DNA of 64,000 bases from Octopus sinensis. Taxonomy: Eukaryota. Below the pieces are notes generated by a model. The model was not told the origin of the DNA. It searched no databases and was given only the letters and a program-made list of their open reading frames with translations. Positions 52,646-64,000 of the stretch are shown here, one piece after another (positions within the stretch are counted from its first letter, which is position 1; every line of letters begins with the position of its first letter). The stretch is taken from positions 63,922,001 to 63,986,000 of the forward strand of contig NC_043010.1 of the NCBI RefSeq assembly GCF_006345805.1. Reading direction: 5' to 3'. The translations under genes and the position numbers were made by a program.

Positions 52646-53374
52646 AACTAAAAAAATATTAACTGAATTTCGGTATAAAATTTCCAACCAATTAGTGCTA
52701 ACAAAACCACCAAACTCATTGAATTAGCGTCGAATTGGTCGAGGGTTCCACGGACACTTACTCTAATGTAATTTTCGATTACCACCTATCGACCCGGCTT
52801 CTACACAGTTTCCGTCTACCCAATTTCATTGACAAGATATAGATCGACTCAAGGCTATAAAAACTAGCAAGGTGCTACGTAGCTGCAACGAAATTGAAAT
52901 GTCACGTTCGCGAAGCGAATGTTTAAGCCATTCTGCACCAGGGAGAATTACTGGAATCGAGCGAGTATTGTATGGAGTAATTTTTAATAGAGAAGAAAGT
53001 GCTGTTTGAGGTAGCTTACCTTTTTATGGTTTTGTGTATAGAAGCAGGGGCTGTGTCTGTGATTCTTCGTGATAGTGAAACATAAAATGGTTGATGATAG
53101 TGTTGCGTAAAAAAGAAAAAAAAGTAGGAATGGAGAAAGGGAAAGAACTCCAAAGAGTTGACGTGGAAAGGAAAGAATGGGAAATGGGAGTTAGAATAGG
53201 GGCCGGGGATGAATGTAAACACAATATGGACGTAGAGAGAGAGAGAGAGAATTTCTTTATTCACCATACGGTTGAGAAAAAGAGGGGACGATACGAGGAC
53301 AGACAAAACAAACATTGGGGTCAGGGTATCGAATGAGACGAAACGTATGAATAAACAAACAATTAAAATATATA

Positions 53375-53597
53375 GGTACTAGTAGCGTAGACTGGACCCG
53401 GTTTGCGCACACGCGCGTCCGCGCTAGCCAGACGTAGGCAGTCGATCCTACGAGCTGACTGGCGCATGCACGATATATACTAGTATATATCGTATACAAG
53501 TATATATCGTGCATGCGCCAGTCAGCTCGTAGGATCGACTGCCTACGTCTGGCTAGCGCGTGTGCGCAAACCGGGTCCAGTCTACGCTACTAGTACC
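53375..53597. mobile_element. Mutator (MULE)-like fully palindromic MITE with a 9-bp TSD
   Basis: GGTACTAGTAGCG...CGCTACTAGTACC; TSD AAATATATA at 53366-53374 and 53598-53606. Confidence 0.88.
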
Positions 53598-54119
53598 AAA
53601 TATATACAATCAAATGAGAATGAGTGATTAACAAAAAATGAAGCGGAGGACGCGGTTGACCCTACAAACCACATACTCACACTGAAGACTTTGCTTTCTC
53701 CTTTTTTACATTCTCGTTTAAACAGGTTCTTTCACTCGCAACATACTTGCTATATAGACTTCCATCTTTTACGAAACACACTTTGCGACAGGCATTTCTT
53801 CTCCAGCCTTATTTTCCGTTTCATGTGGAAAGAGAGAGAGAGAGAGAGCCAGGGCGAAAGTGGTTGAACGACAGCTAACACCTACGAGCAGACGTCTTAA
53901 TACTTAAAAAAAGGCAAAGTGAAAGACAGCAAGTCTATGGAACGGAAGTCGGAGTGTGTTGGCGAGGGATTTCATGTCAATCAATCAGGGGTCCTTTTTT
54001 CTTATTGAGATTGGGTTAATTCACCAAAGCATAAAAAAAGTACAACTAGCCTCATCACTGGTGAGCGATTTTAGCTTGCTACCGTCTACTTCGATTTTGC
54101 GCAATATTTTGGGCGCCTA

Positions 54120-54325
54120 TCACGCCGGGCGAAATGCGTTGCCGTATTTCGTCTGCCGTTACGTTCTGAGTTCAAATTCCGCCGAGGTCGACTTTGCCTT
54201 TCATCCTTTCGGGGTCGATTAAATAAATACCAGTTACGCACTGGAATCGATGTAATCGACTTAATCCGTTTGTCTGTCCTTGTTTGTCCCCTCTGTGTTT
54301 AGCCCCTTGTGGGTAGTAAAGAAAT
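54120..54325 (+). mobile_element. Family B SINE
   Basis: Intact CpG-rich core and tail ccccttgtgggtagtaaagaaat. Confidence 0.88.
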
Positions 54326-54598
54326 ATATCTTGCGGAACATCAAAGCTGTGACTGTTGGCGCGGGAGAAGACTACAATCAACTTTAGACTTTGGGCTGGT
54401 TTTTATTGTTTAGCTGAGTAAACTGGAGTGAAGTGCCTTGCTCAAGGACACAACATACTGCTTGGTCCAGGAATTGAAACTTTAACCTTATAGTCATGAG
54501 CAGAACACCTGAGTCATTTGGACTTGTGCTTTTATGATATGAAATTACTCTGCTAATTAGTAACAGCGGTTGAGTATCATTGGAGACCAGCAATGGTG

Positions 54599-54883
54599 GG
54601 TACTACTAGCGAATAGTGGTCCCGGTGTGCGCACTCGCGCTAGCTAGTCGTAATTAGTCGATCCTACAACGACTTGCGCGTATGTTTGTATTTCAAGGCT
54701 GAATACATATCAAAGAAAATTAAATAATATTTTTCGAACAAAGTAAATAATTTTTTAAACTAAGTAAATAAATTATTTTCATAAACAAACTCAGGTTAGG
54801 GTTAAAAAGTTGTTGTAGGATCAACTACTTACGACTAGCTAGCGCGAGTGCGCGCACCGGGACCACTGTTTGCTAGTAGTACC
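54599..54883. mobile_element. Mutator (MULE)-like MITE with about 80-bp TIRs and a 9-bp TSD
   Basis: GGTACTACTAGC...GCTAGTAGTACC; TSD GCAATGGTG at 54590-54598 and 54884-54892. Confidence 0.88.
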
Positions 54884-55216
54884 GCAATGGTGTTTGGAGG
54901 AAATTAATTTGAAGTGCAATAAAAAAGAATGAGAAAATTTGATCTGTGTTTTTGGGTGTTGGATCATCATCACCATCCTTGTCGTAGCCATTGTTATAGG
55001 TGAGATGGTAGAATGGTTAGCATGCTGGGTAAAATGCTTAGTGACATATCGTTTGTTCCTACATTCAGAGTTCAAAATCTGCTGAGGTCGGCTTTGCCTT
55101 TCATCTTTTCAGGGTTGATAAATTAAGTACCAGTGGAGTACTGGGGTTAATGTAATCGACTAATCCTCTCCCTCAAATTTCAGGCCTTGTGCCTTTTGTA
55201 GAAATGATTATTATTA

Positions 55217-55442
55217 TTTAAGAAACACACAAAAGCCGTTCGATTCACTTCAACATTAAGGTTTAATTTGTCAAAATATTTTCGTCGCTTTAAGACCGCG
55301 ACCTGTTCACTGACAAAAATCCGTGCTGCGCAGCACAAATTTTTGTCAGTGAACAGGTCGCGGTCTTAAAGCGACGAAAATATTTTGACAAATTAAACCT
55401 TAATGTTGAAGTGAATCGAACGGCTTTTGTGTGTTTCTTAAA
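55217..55442. repeat. 226-bp near-perfect palindrome centred at 55329/55330
   Basis: 104-bp perfect outer arms, a 2-bp mismatch and a perfect 14-bp core GTGCTGC|GCAGCAC. Confidence 0.97.
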
Positions 55443-55800
55443 TGGCTTACAAACACCTTCCACGCTGCAATTGTTTTCGTTCCAGCACACGATCTCAGAT
55501 CAAGTCACTTGCTATGCAAGTACATCTCCGTAATTATTATTATTATTATTTAGCATCTGTTTTCCAAGTTGGCATGAGTTAGTTCGACAAGACCTAAGTC
55601 CGAGAGCTGTACCAGGCTCCAGTCTGATTAATGGAATTTACTGTTCAAAACTTAAGGTCATGTGGTTGTTAAGAAGTTCATTTTGCAACCACATGGTTCT
55701 GGGGATTGAGCACACTGCACAGCACTTTGGATGTCTTTTCGTAGAACCCTGGGTTAACAAATTCCTTGTAAATAGAATTTAGCAGCTCAAGGCTGTACAG

Positions 55801-56001
55801 CTGTGGTTTTCAACCAAGGTTCCGCCAGTACAGTCCAGGGGTTCCGCAAGAAGTTACAAAACTGCTAAAATTGGCAGTAATTTATAATTCTCCTGTGCAG
55901 ATATGTGTGCATAAGACTATAAAATTGTTGCACAGGGGTTCCTCGAGCCAGTGGAATGTTTCCTTGGGGTTCCGCTCCAGCAAAAATTTTGAAAAGCACT
56001 G
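55801..56001. mobile_element. hAT MITE with an 8-bp TSD
   Basis: CTGTGGTTTTCAA ... TTGAAAAGCACTG; TSD CTGTACAG at 55793-55800 and 56002-56009. Confidence 0.85.
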
Positions 56002-56136
56002 CTGTACAGAAACTCTTTCTCTCTCTGGGGATAATTATAACCCGGGCCATCACTACAATTGTGTCAATTAGTGATGTTTGATGAGGTGAACAAACAATTA
56101 ATGATAATTATAATTATATTTTATTGTGTATTATTG

Positions 56137-56175
<39 letters not shown>

Positions 56176-56277
56176 GTGTGGTATAGAATAAAAATGTTTA
56201 CTGAAACGATTGTAACATAAATCTGAATTTCTCTTTTCCTCATTTTAGTTATACACATTTATAGACATATACATACA

Positions 56278-56500
56278 TACTCTCTTTACTCTTTTACTTC
56301 TTTCAGTCATTTGACTACGGCCATGCTGGAGCACCGCCTTTAGTCGAATAAATCGACCCCGGGACTTATTCTTTGTAAGCCCAGTACTTATTCCATCGGT
56401 CTCTTTTTGCCGAACCGCTAAGTGACAGGGACGTAAACACACCAGCATCGGTTGTCAAGCAATGCTAGGGGGACAAACACAGACACACAAACATACACAC

Positions 56501-56577
<77 letters not shown>

Positions 56578-56742
56578 TACGACGGGCTTCTTTCAGTTTC
56601 CGTCTACCAAATCCACTCACAAGGCATTGGTCAGCCCGGGTCTATAGCAGAAGACACTTGCCCAAGGTGCCACGCAGTGGGGCTGAACCCAAAACCATGT
56701 GGTTGGTAAGCAAGCTACTTACCACACAGCCACTCCTGCACC
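56278..56742 (-). mobile_element. Full-length family A SINE
   Basis: Reverse-complement match to 19704-20110, with an internal (TA)n. Confidence 0.9.
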
Positions 56743-57398
56743 TTATCATATATATCATCTTTTAATGCCTGTCTTCTATGCTGGTATGGGTGTAACAGTT
56801 TGATGGGATTTGAGGGATGTTAGGACTGCATCATGTTCCAATGTCTGCTTAGGCATGGCTTCTTTGGCTGGACTCTCCTCCTAACACCAAACACTTTACT
56901 CCATATATGGGTGCTTTGTATTTTTTTTTTTTTTTGGCCACCAGCACTAGTGAAGTTGGCACACAGCTTGCAAGACTGCTGACCCTGAGTGGGGCAACTT
57001 TACATGAGGAGACAAAGGGTGAAAGTATGAGAGAAGGGGCCCTACATGACCTCTCTTGGGGGTGGGAATGATCACGTGGTTTTGGATTCAGTCCTACAGT
57101 GTAGCACCCTGGGCAAATGTCTTCTACTATAGCCTCAGGCCAACCAAAACTTGTGAGTGGATTTGGTGGACAGAAACTGCACGAAAGCCCATTTCGCGTT
57201 TTGACGAAAGAGCCTGATAGAATAAGTACCAAATTCAACAACAAAAAATGTTCTGGGCCGGTGGTTTTGTTTGACCCTTGATGGTGATGTCCTAGCACAG
57301 CTGCAGTCCAAGGACTGATACAAGATATATATATACATACATATATATATATACATACATACATACATACATACATACACACACATACATATATATAC

Positions 57399-57429
<31 letters not shown>

Positions 57430-57430
57430 C

Positions 57431-57477
<47 letters not shown>

Positions 57478-57504
57478 TATACACACACACACACACACAT
57501 ACAC

Positions 57505-57600
<96 letters not shown>

Positions 57601-58436
57601 TATATATACATATATACGACGGGCTTCTTTCAGTTTCCGTCTACCAAATCCACTCACAAGGCATTGGTCAGCCCGAGGCTATAGCAGAAGACACTTGCCC
57701 AAGGTGCCACGCAGTGGGACTGAACCCAAAACCATGTGATTGGGAAGCAAGCTCTTTACCACACAGCCACTCCTGCACCTTATCATATATATCATCTTTT
57801 AATGCCTGTCTTCTATGCTGGTATGGGTGTAACAGTTTGATGGGATCTGAGGGATGTTAGGACTGCATCATGTTCCAATGTCTGCTTAGGCATGGCTTCT
57901 TTGGCTGGACTCTCCTCCTAACACCAAACACTTTACTGCATATATGGGTGCTTTGTATTTTTTTTTTTTTTTGGCCACCAGCACTAGTGAAGTTGGCACA
58001 CAGCTTGCAAGACTGCTGACCCTGAGTGGGGCAACTTTACATGAGGAGACAAAGGGTGAAAGTATGAGAGAAGGGGCCCTACATGACCTCTCTTGGGGGT
58101 GGGAATGATCACGTGGTTTTGGATTCAGTCCTACAGTGTAGCACCCTGGGCAAATGTCTTCTACTATAGCCTCAGGCCAACCAAAACTTTGTGAGTGGAT
58201 TTGGTGGACAGAAACTGCACGAAAGCCCATTTCGCGTTTTGACGAAAGAGCCTGATAGAATAAGTACCAAATTCAACAACAAAAAATGTTCTGGGCCGGT
58301 GGTTTTGTTTGACCCTTGATGGTGATGTCCTAGCACAGCTGCAGTCCAAGGACTGATACAAGATATATATATACATACATATATATATATATACATACAT
58401 ACATACATACATACATACACACACATACATATATAC

Positions 58437-58467
<31 letters not shown>

Positions 58468-58468
58468 C

Positions 58469-58516
<48 letters not shown>

Positions 58517-58539
58517 CACACACACACACACACATACAC

Positions 58540-58580
<41 letters not shown>
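56581..58580. repeat. Direct tandem duplication, period 1037-1038 bp
   Basis: 56581 corresponds to 57618 and 57304 to 58342; both units end in a (CATA)/(CA)/(TA) microsatellite. Confidence 0.95.
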
Positions 58581-58581
<1 letters not shown>

Positions 58582-61500
58582 CACATGTATGTCTGAGAAT
58601 GTTTACATTTTGTGATTACATGAGCAATGGTTAGTAATTCATTTGATCCATGCTAGCATGGAAAATGAACGTAAAGTGAATGATGTTTGTGTGTTGCTAT
58701 ATCAACAATGACTGTCAAGTGTTGCACACCATTGTTCACGATGCGCTTCCTTGCATTATTGTAGCCTTCACATGATGCTACCCCGCTGGCTCGGTGGGCA
58801 GGCCAACAAATGAGACAACAGCCTGTCGCAAGGTTACTCATTTACAACTTTGCTCAGGAAAGCAATGCACTACTTAGTCCGGGAATCGAGACCACGATCC
58901 TGCGATCGCGAGAGCATGAGGAATCACTTGGCCAAGCGCCTGAAATACACATTTGTGCTTGTTTATAAACACGTTAAGCTGGGGAGATTGAGTTATCTCC
59001 CTTCACACCAAACCCGCCATTCTATATAAGAGACTGAAAATTGATACCAGGATCAATAATGACCGATTAAATACGGTCGAGGGTAGAGATCCTCTTACTA
59101 AAACGAGTAAAATAATACAGATTAGTGCTGAAGCTGGTTGTGGTGATGAGGTGAGTGACTGGTTCGCATTTGATTAGCAAGACTGCTGTGTTCATGGAAG
59201 ATAAGTTTCAATGATCCGGTCCGTGTAGCTGGAAATCTGAAGTCGTGAACAAATCTTACAACGAATAAACAGCAGGAGTTTAATTTAACCGAAAGCCAGA
59301 GATACTCAACCACAAATGGAAGAATAAAATACAAATAATGACAATATAAATAAAAAACCACAAGGAATGACAATATAAAAAGCGAGAAATTTTATTCATT
59401 GAAGGAAAAAAAAAATATAATTAAAAAAAAAAGATAGTAATGAAATTAGAGAATTTTTAGATATTACAATTTTTTTGCAGCCTTTTTATTTTCTTTGTCA
59501 CTTTGCTTTTTACTTTTGAACTTTGAAATTTAGAACCCAAACTGGACGCAGCTAAAGTTTGAGTGAGAATAAGCAAAATATAATATTGGCAAAGGAAATT
59601 TAGGGGACGTGTGTATATATTATATATATATTTTTGATTGGGGTATTTAAACCTTATAGAAATATAATAGCTATTCAGCTCTGTTGCCATTCAATACATA
59701 TATTTAATTATTGCACATATTTTATATATATATATATATATATAATATATATATATATATACATATATATATACACATATATATACATACATATATAAAA
59801 GGCTGGAAGAGAGTGAGGTGTAGAATATAAAATAAGAGGCTCGAGTGTTGTTTAGAAGGAGCAAAGGTAAGGAGTTTATTTACTGTCATGCTAGGAATAG
59901 TTGCAGACTTTTAGCAAAATACTTTATTGTATACGATAAGGCATAAACTTGCAGTTGGCAGTCTAAATCTCCTAATAGCAACACCTCCTTCCTTGCACCA
60001 AACATGGTATGTAGAGAATGGGGAAAGGTGAGGACAGAATATAGTAACAAAATAACAAACGAAAAATAAAAATATAAACAAGATCCTAAGAGAGAAAACA
60101 ACGCCCCAAATAATCCAAATATTGCTTGACTGAATAACTGTTGTTAGTGATGTGTTGTAATAAAATAGGGAGAGAGAGAGTGTGTGTGGATGTGTGTGTG
60201 TGTAGTATGCGTGTATATGTTAGAAATAAAAGATGGCTGGAGCTTGATGCAGATGTTGGGTCCTTGAAACGGAGCGATTAGTTTTCGTAATTTTTGCAGT
60301 TCAAAGTACAACATATTCACTAAGAGCATGTTGCTTGTATTGCTTTTTGCTTAGATTTTTTTTTTTACTGTTCAGATGAGAGGGATACCCCTTTAAGGGA
60401 TGGCATGTGGCAAAGGAGAGATTGGTGGTCGACCAATTTACCAGACTAATGTTCAATAAGGAAAAGATAAGGCAAATAGTAACAGCTTGGTGTGTTAAGG
60501 ACGGCAGGAAGGTTTGGACAATGTTCTAAATAATTTCGGGGCTGCGCAATCCTATGTACATATTCTACATACATTTACAAATATATGTACATGTTCTACA
60601 TAAAAGGAGTTGTGTGTGTGTGTGTTTGTGTTTATATGTGTAAGTATGGAAATGGAACTTTTTGTCTAGCACTTCAAACTGGAGAATTTCATGACAAATG
60701 TTACACTTAGGAATGTAAACCAACTGAAAATACTGGGAACAGCAAATTTTCGATTCCACGATGGCTGTGTGTGTATACAAGAGTTGTTTTTCCTTTAAGT
60801 CAGTCCTGGGTGAGCAGATCCATAATAAAAGCCTTTCCAGCCATGGCCATTCCTACTTTCTGCATATTCATGATTACATTATTCAATATCTTGTAATTTT
60901 TTTAAACATCATAGGCTGTGATTTGAGGAGATTTGGCTGCTATTTCTCGACAGTCAAAATAACCACTTTATGAAAGAGTGTTTTTATGCATGTGTGTAGT
61001 GTAGTAAGTGACCATACGACCTTCAGCAGGTCTTTTGTCAAATTTATTTACCAAATAGAGTAGAATTCTAATGTAATTCAAAGACATCAATTCAAGAGAT
61101 TGTTTGTGTGTGTACATGCCACATAAACTGTATCAACAATATTTGACAATTGAAACGACACAGATTTTTGGAGTAGTTATTATTGCAAGCTGATAGAAAT
61201 ATCTAGTTTGGGTGTAAACCGGGTGTTTCATCCATTCCACTCCTTGCCCAACTGGTGCTGGGGTGGTTGGTGGTGCAGGGTTAGCACTTCCTACTTATCA
61301 GTATTTAGCTAGGCTACGTTTGTTTGAGAATAAACATCTTTTCTACATACTGCATGGTGGTGTTACCGCTAGCAGCCCAGTAGCCTGAGGTATAGAGCAA
61401 CAGGGTTTTATGACTCTTGGTTTATTCTAAAGTACCTGTGTATTAGAAGGTTCACATTAAGTTTGGGTTGGACAATGTACAGACTTTTCCATTACTAACC

Positions 61501-62522
61501 TATTACGCCATGTTGGAAGGGAAGTTGGAAGGAATTATTAGAAGGCACAAAATAAAGGATATCAACAAACATGGGTTATGGCATGTTGAGTCTGTATGTG
61601 TGTATGTATGCATAGAGGAGAGGAAGGGCAGATAACTCAATAGGCATGGACCTAAGACTCCAGGCAATTAATTACAAAAAGAAAAGGACAATGTTTCGTT
61701 TAAATACACAAAGGAAAGATTGAAATATAAAAATATATAATGTAATCTAAACTTAAAATATATTGTAGACTATAGGGTTCCTCAGAGAAACTCCTAGACT
61801 AAGAGGAGGCCAGAAAAGAATTTCTATGGGAAACAAGCCAGTTCATAAGTTATAACAGAGGAAAGGGAAGGACGGACATTGTTGGTTCACAATGGAAGGA
61901 GTTGAACAGAACTGTAGGGTGTTCAGTTTTCAAGCCAGACTAATGTGAAATGACAATGACAGTTGGCAGAGTATCTCTTGGCCAGTTCTCTTGTCACTCT
62001 AGAGACATGTGTCTAGAAAACAAGGGAGTAGAAAGATATTAATGAGCAGGGAGGTGGTGCAAAGGTTAACCAGGATTAAGTGCAAACTAACTCCCTGTAT
62101 TCTCTTGCTCTGTACTACTACGTCCTCCATTTCGCACACATAGAGTCACACTATACTGGCAATAAAGGTGAGTAAGAAGAGCCTGGCTCAGTGGCTTTGT
62201 CATAAAATGTATGTAATCTGGGAAAATAAACAAAGGCATGAGACAGACTCTGAAGCTCCTCTTCAAATCAGTATTTTCAAGTGTCAAAAACATTTGTCAT
62301 TCATTTCTCCTCTTTACTACACGAGAGGTGTTCACTTATTTAACAAACTCGTTTTGTTTTCTCGGATCTTTCTGTTTGTTATTTTGCCCTAGTATATTTA
62401 GCGTCTATTAGCAAAAATAAGCAACATTCAAAGGATTGTGAATAGTGGGGGGGTGCAGAGAGAGGTGTACTGCAATTAACAGCTACCCCACTCCATCCTA
62501 AAAGCATCTTATCAGAAGCGAA

Positions 62523-63998
62523 TTAAACGGAATATTCCAGAAGGGTTGCAAAACTACTTGCATCACCACCCAGATTTGCATTAAGTGTTACTCGGGTATT
62601 TGTACCCCAGTATTTGCCCAGTTCGACTGTACCTTCCCAGATATTGTTCTTTTTCTCTAAAGTTGTCCAATCCTGGTCCGCAACAACAGCAACAGCATTA
62701 GCTGAAGGTATGGAAACCTTGAAGTTGACATTCGCCATCTTCTTTTCAGCATAAGGGCCGAGCACCAGAGGATCCCACATGTAGCAACCTTCTTTCCACT
62801 GTGCGTATTGCTTGGGGAAAGGATAGGGTTGTTTTACAATAGCAGGAACATATACCAAGTAGTTGTAAATACCTGGCAGTTGCTGGCTTGTATCTCGACA
62901 TGGCAAAGCATAGAGCTGAAGCTTGTAGAAACCAGTTTTGGACAAAAGTACCATAAAGCTAACAGTAGCACCTTCGGACTGGGTAAAGACACACTCAGCG
63001 TATTCCTTATTCTCCTCCACAGAGATCAAATTAGCTGTAACTCTCATTGGTTCAGCAGTAGCTAATTTAATTTCAACAAAGTTGCCTTCTAACTTAATTA
63101 GTTTATTTGGATGAGTTATTGCACGAAGGCCAAATTCCTCAAATTTCTGTTGGGGACCGAGGTAACCAGGGGGGAGCTTGGGTAGTTGAAGAGCTTTGAC
63201 GTCTTCATTGCAGACAATTAGGTATTGTGCAATATGATAGAGGGTCATACCTTCTAAAGCAGGATCATTAGCATAGATCTCTAGACCATATTCACCTCGT
63301 CCAGGTAAAGAGATTTTAAAGTAAGCTGTGCGCCCAACTATTTGGTCAATAATGTAACCCTCTAGATCATCATCGCTGTGGTGGTTAGATTTTAACTTAG
63401 CCATAAACTGTCTATTCTGTTCTGGCATGCGAATTTGTAGTTCAGCCTTTCCGTCTCGTGAAAGTACACTGGCTGTCTGTTGGAAAGTTGAGAGGCCATA
63501 TTTCTGGAAAGCTGCGCCAGTACCCCATGTGAGATAACTGCAAGGTGGGAAGGGTGTAGGTTCTGGTGATGATACAGATTCTTGAATGATTTTGTATTCG
63601 CACACCTGGGAATAAACGTTGTCTTTGTTCTCTGGAGTGTCTTCCTTAGCATATATGTACAACACATATGAACCAGTAACAGGCAGGCGAAGGCGGAAAG
63701 ATGCGATGCCATTGCTGCTCTCCTGCATCCCGTAACGATTAATCTTGATGCCTTTGTACTCTTCTCTACCGTCTTCAAACTGGATGCTGAAGTTGAAGGC
63801 CAGGGGTCGTCGTTGGTGAGGGTAGGTGAGGCGAATGTTCAGTTCACCACGTGCATTAATAACGGCTGTGGTGTTACTGATAAATTCCAGTTCATACTTG
63901 AAGAACTGAGGCTTCATGTGTGGTTGATTCTCAAATTCTTCCAAACTAACAGGTTGTTCTAGCAGCTGCCACTTAGGGTCGTCAGGGAAATGAGTAAA
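62523..63998 (-). CDS. Hillarin / kyphoscoliosis peptidase (KY) / LTD-1-like protein, C-terminal part; 5' part lies beyond the window
   Basis: The track's 473-aa ORF extends in frame to the window edge: FTHFPDDPKWQLLEQPVSLEEFENQP... through ...FATLLEYSV*. The HFPDDPKWQLL...PVSLEEF motif and the repeated beta-rich units ending in G-x-Y-x-L-x-[IL]-Y-A (GSYVLYIYA, GEYGLEIYA, GFYKLQLYA) match my recollection of the region after the transglutaminase-like core in this family. Complex sequence, no stops in 1476 nt. Confidence 0.85.
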   Translation of the reverse strand, partial: FTHFPDDPKWQLLEQPVSLEEFENQPHMKPQFFKYELEFISNTTAVINARGELNIRLTYPHQRRPLAFNFSIQFEDGREEYKGIKINRYGMQESSNGIASFRLRLPVTGSYVLYIYAKEDTPENKDNVYSQVCEYKIIQESVSSPEPTPFPPCSYLTWGTGAAFQKYGLSTFQQTASVLSRDGKAELQIRMPEQNRQFMAKLKSNHHSDDDLEGYIIDQIVGRTAYFKISLPGRGEYGLEIYANDPALEGMTLYHIAQYLIVCNEDVKALQLPKLPPGYLGPQQKFEEFGLRAITHPNKLIKLEGNFVEIKLATAEPMRVTANLISVEENKEYAECVFTQSEGATVSFMVLLSKTGFYKLQLYALPCRDTSQQLPGIYNYLVYVPAIVKQPYPFPKQYAQWKEGCYMWDPLVLGPYAEKKMANVNFKVSIPSANAVAVVADQDWTTLEKKNNIWEGTVELGKYWGTNTRVTLNANLGGDASSFATLLEYSV

Positions 63999-64000
63999 CT

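Noticed and set aside
54794-54804. Interstitial telomere
   Set aside because: Fewer than two TTAGGG units, and they lie inside a MITE.
56849-58230. Duplicated ORF ...APLRVSSLASCVPTSLVLVAKKKKKYKAP...
   Set aside because: Reads through SINE and retroposon tail fragments and a poly-T run inside the tandem duplication.
62808-63778. Small ORFs 62808-63065 (+) and 63392-63778 (-)
   Set aside because: Shadow frames overlapping the hillarin/KY-like CDS.

Overview
Very AT-rich, repeat-dominated animal genomic DNA. The repeat landscape (tRNA-head SINEs with a Meta-type core, Penelope-like relics, kb-scale (TA)n arrays) suggests a coleoid cephalopod such as Octopus; this is inference. A 100-N scaffold gap lies at 34005-34104. 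Clear host coding sequence is limited to two pieces: (1) a 1.48-kb uninterrupted 3' coding segment of a hillarin/kyphoscoliosis-peptidase (KY)/LTD-1-like gene on the minus strand, running off the right edge (62523-63998); (2) a 174-bp spliced terminal exon on the plus strand (45127-45300), absent from the ORF track, whose peptide aligns with the last 56 aa of that protein, implying a convergent paralog. A possible orphan terminal exon lies at 21318-21527 (-). The rest is nested mobile DNA (SINEs; CR1, RTE and L1/Tx1 LINE relics; two Penelope-like relics, one with about 125 aa inside its GIY-YIG motif; hammerhead-like terminal fragments; mariner and Tigger relics; hAT, piggyBac-like, Mutator-like and Helitron non-autonomous elements), plus large inverted repeats, a 1-kb tandem duplication and microsatellites. 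Nearly all Y/I/M/C/V- or H/T-rich ORFs in the track are microsatellite artefacts. All protein-family calls come from recalled motifs, not database searches.
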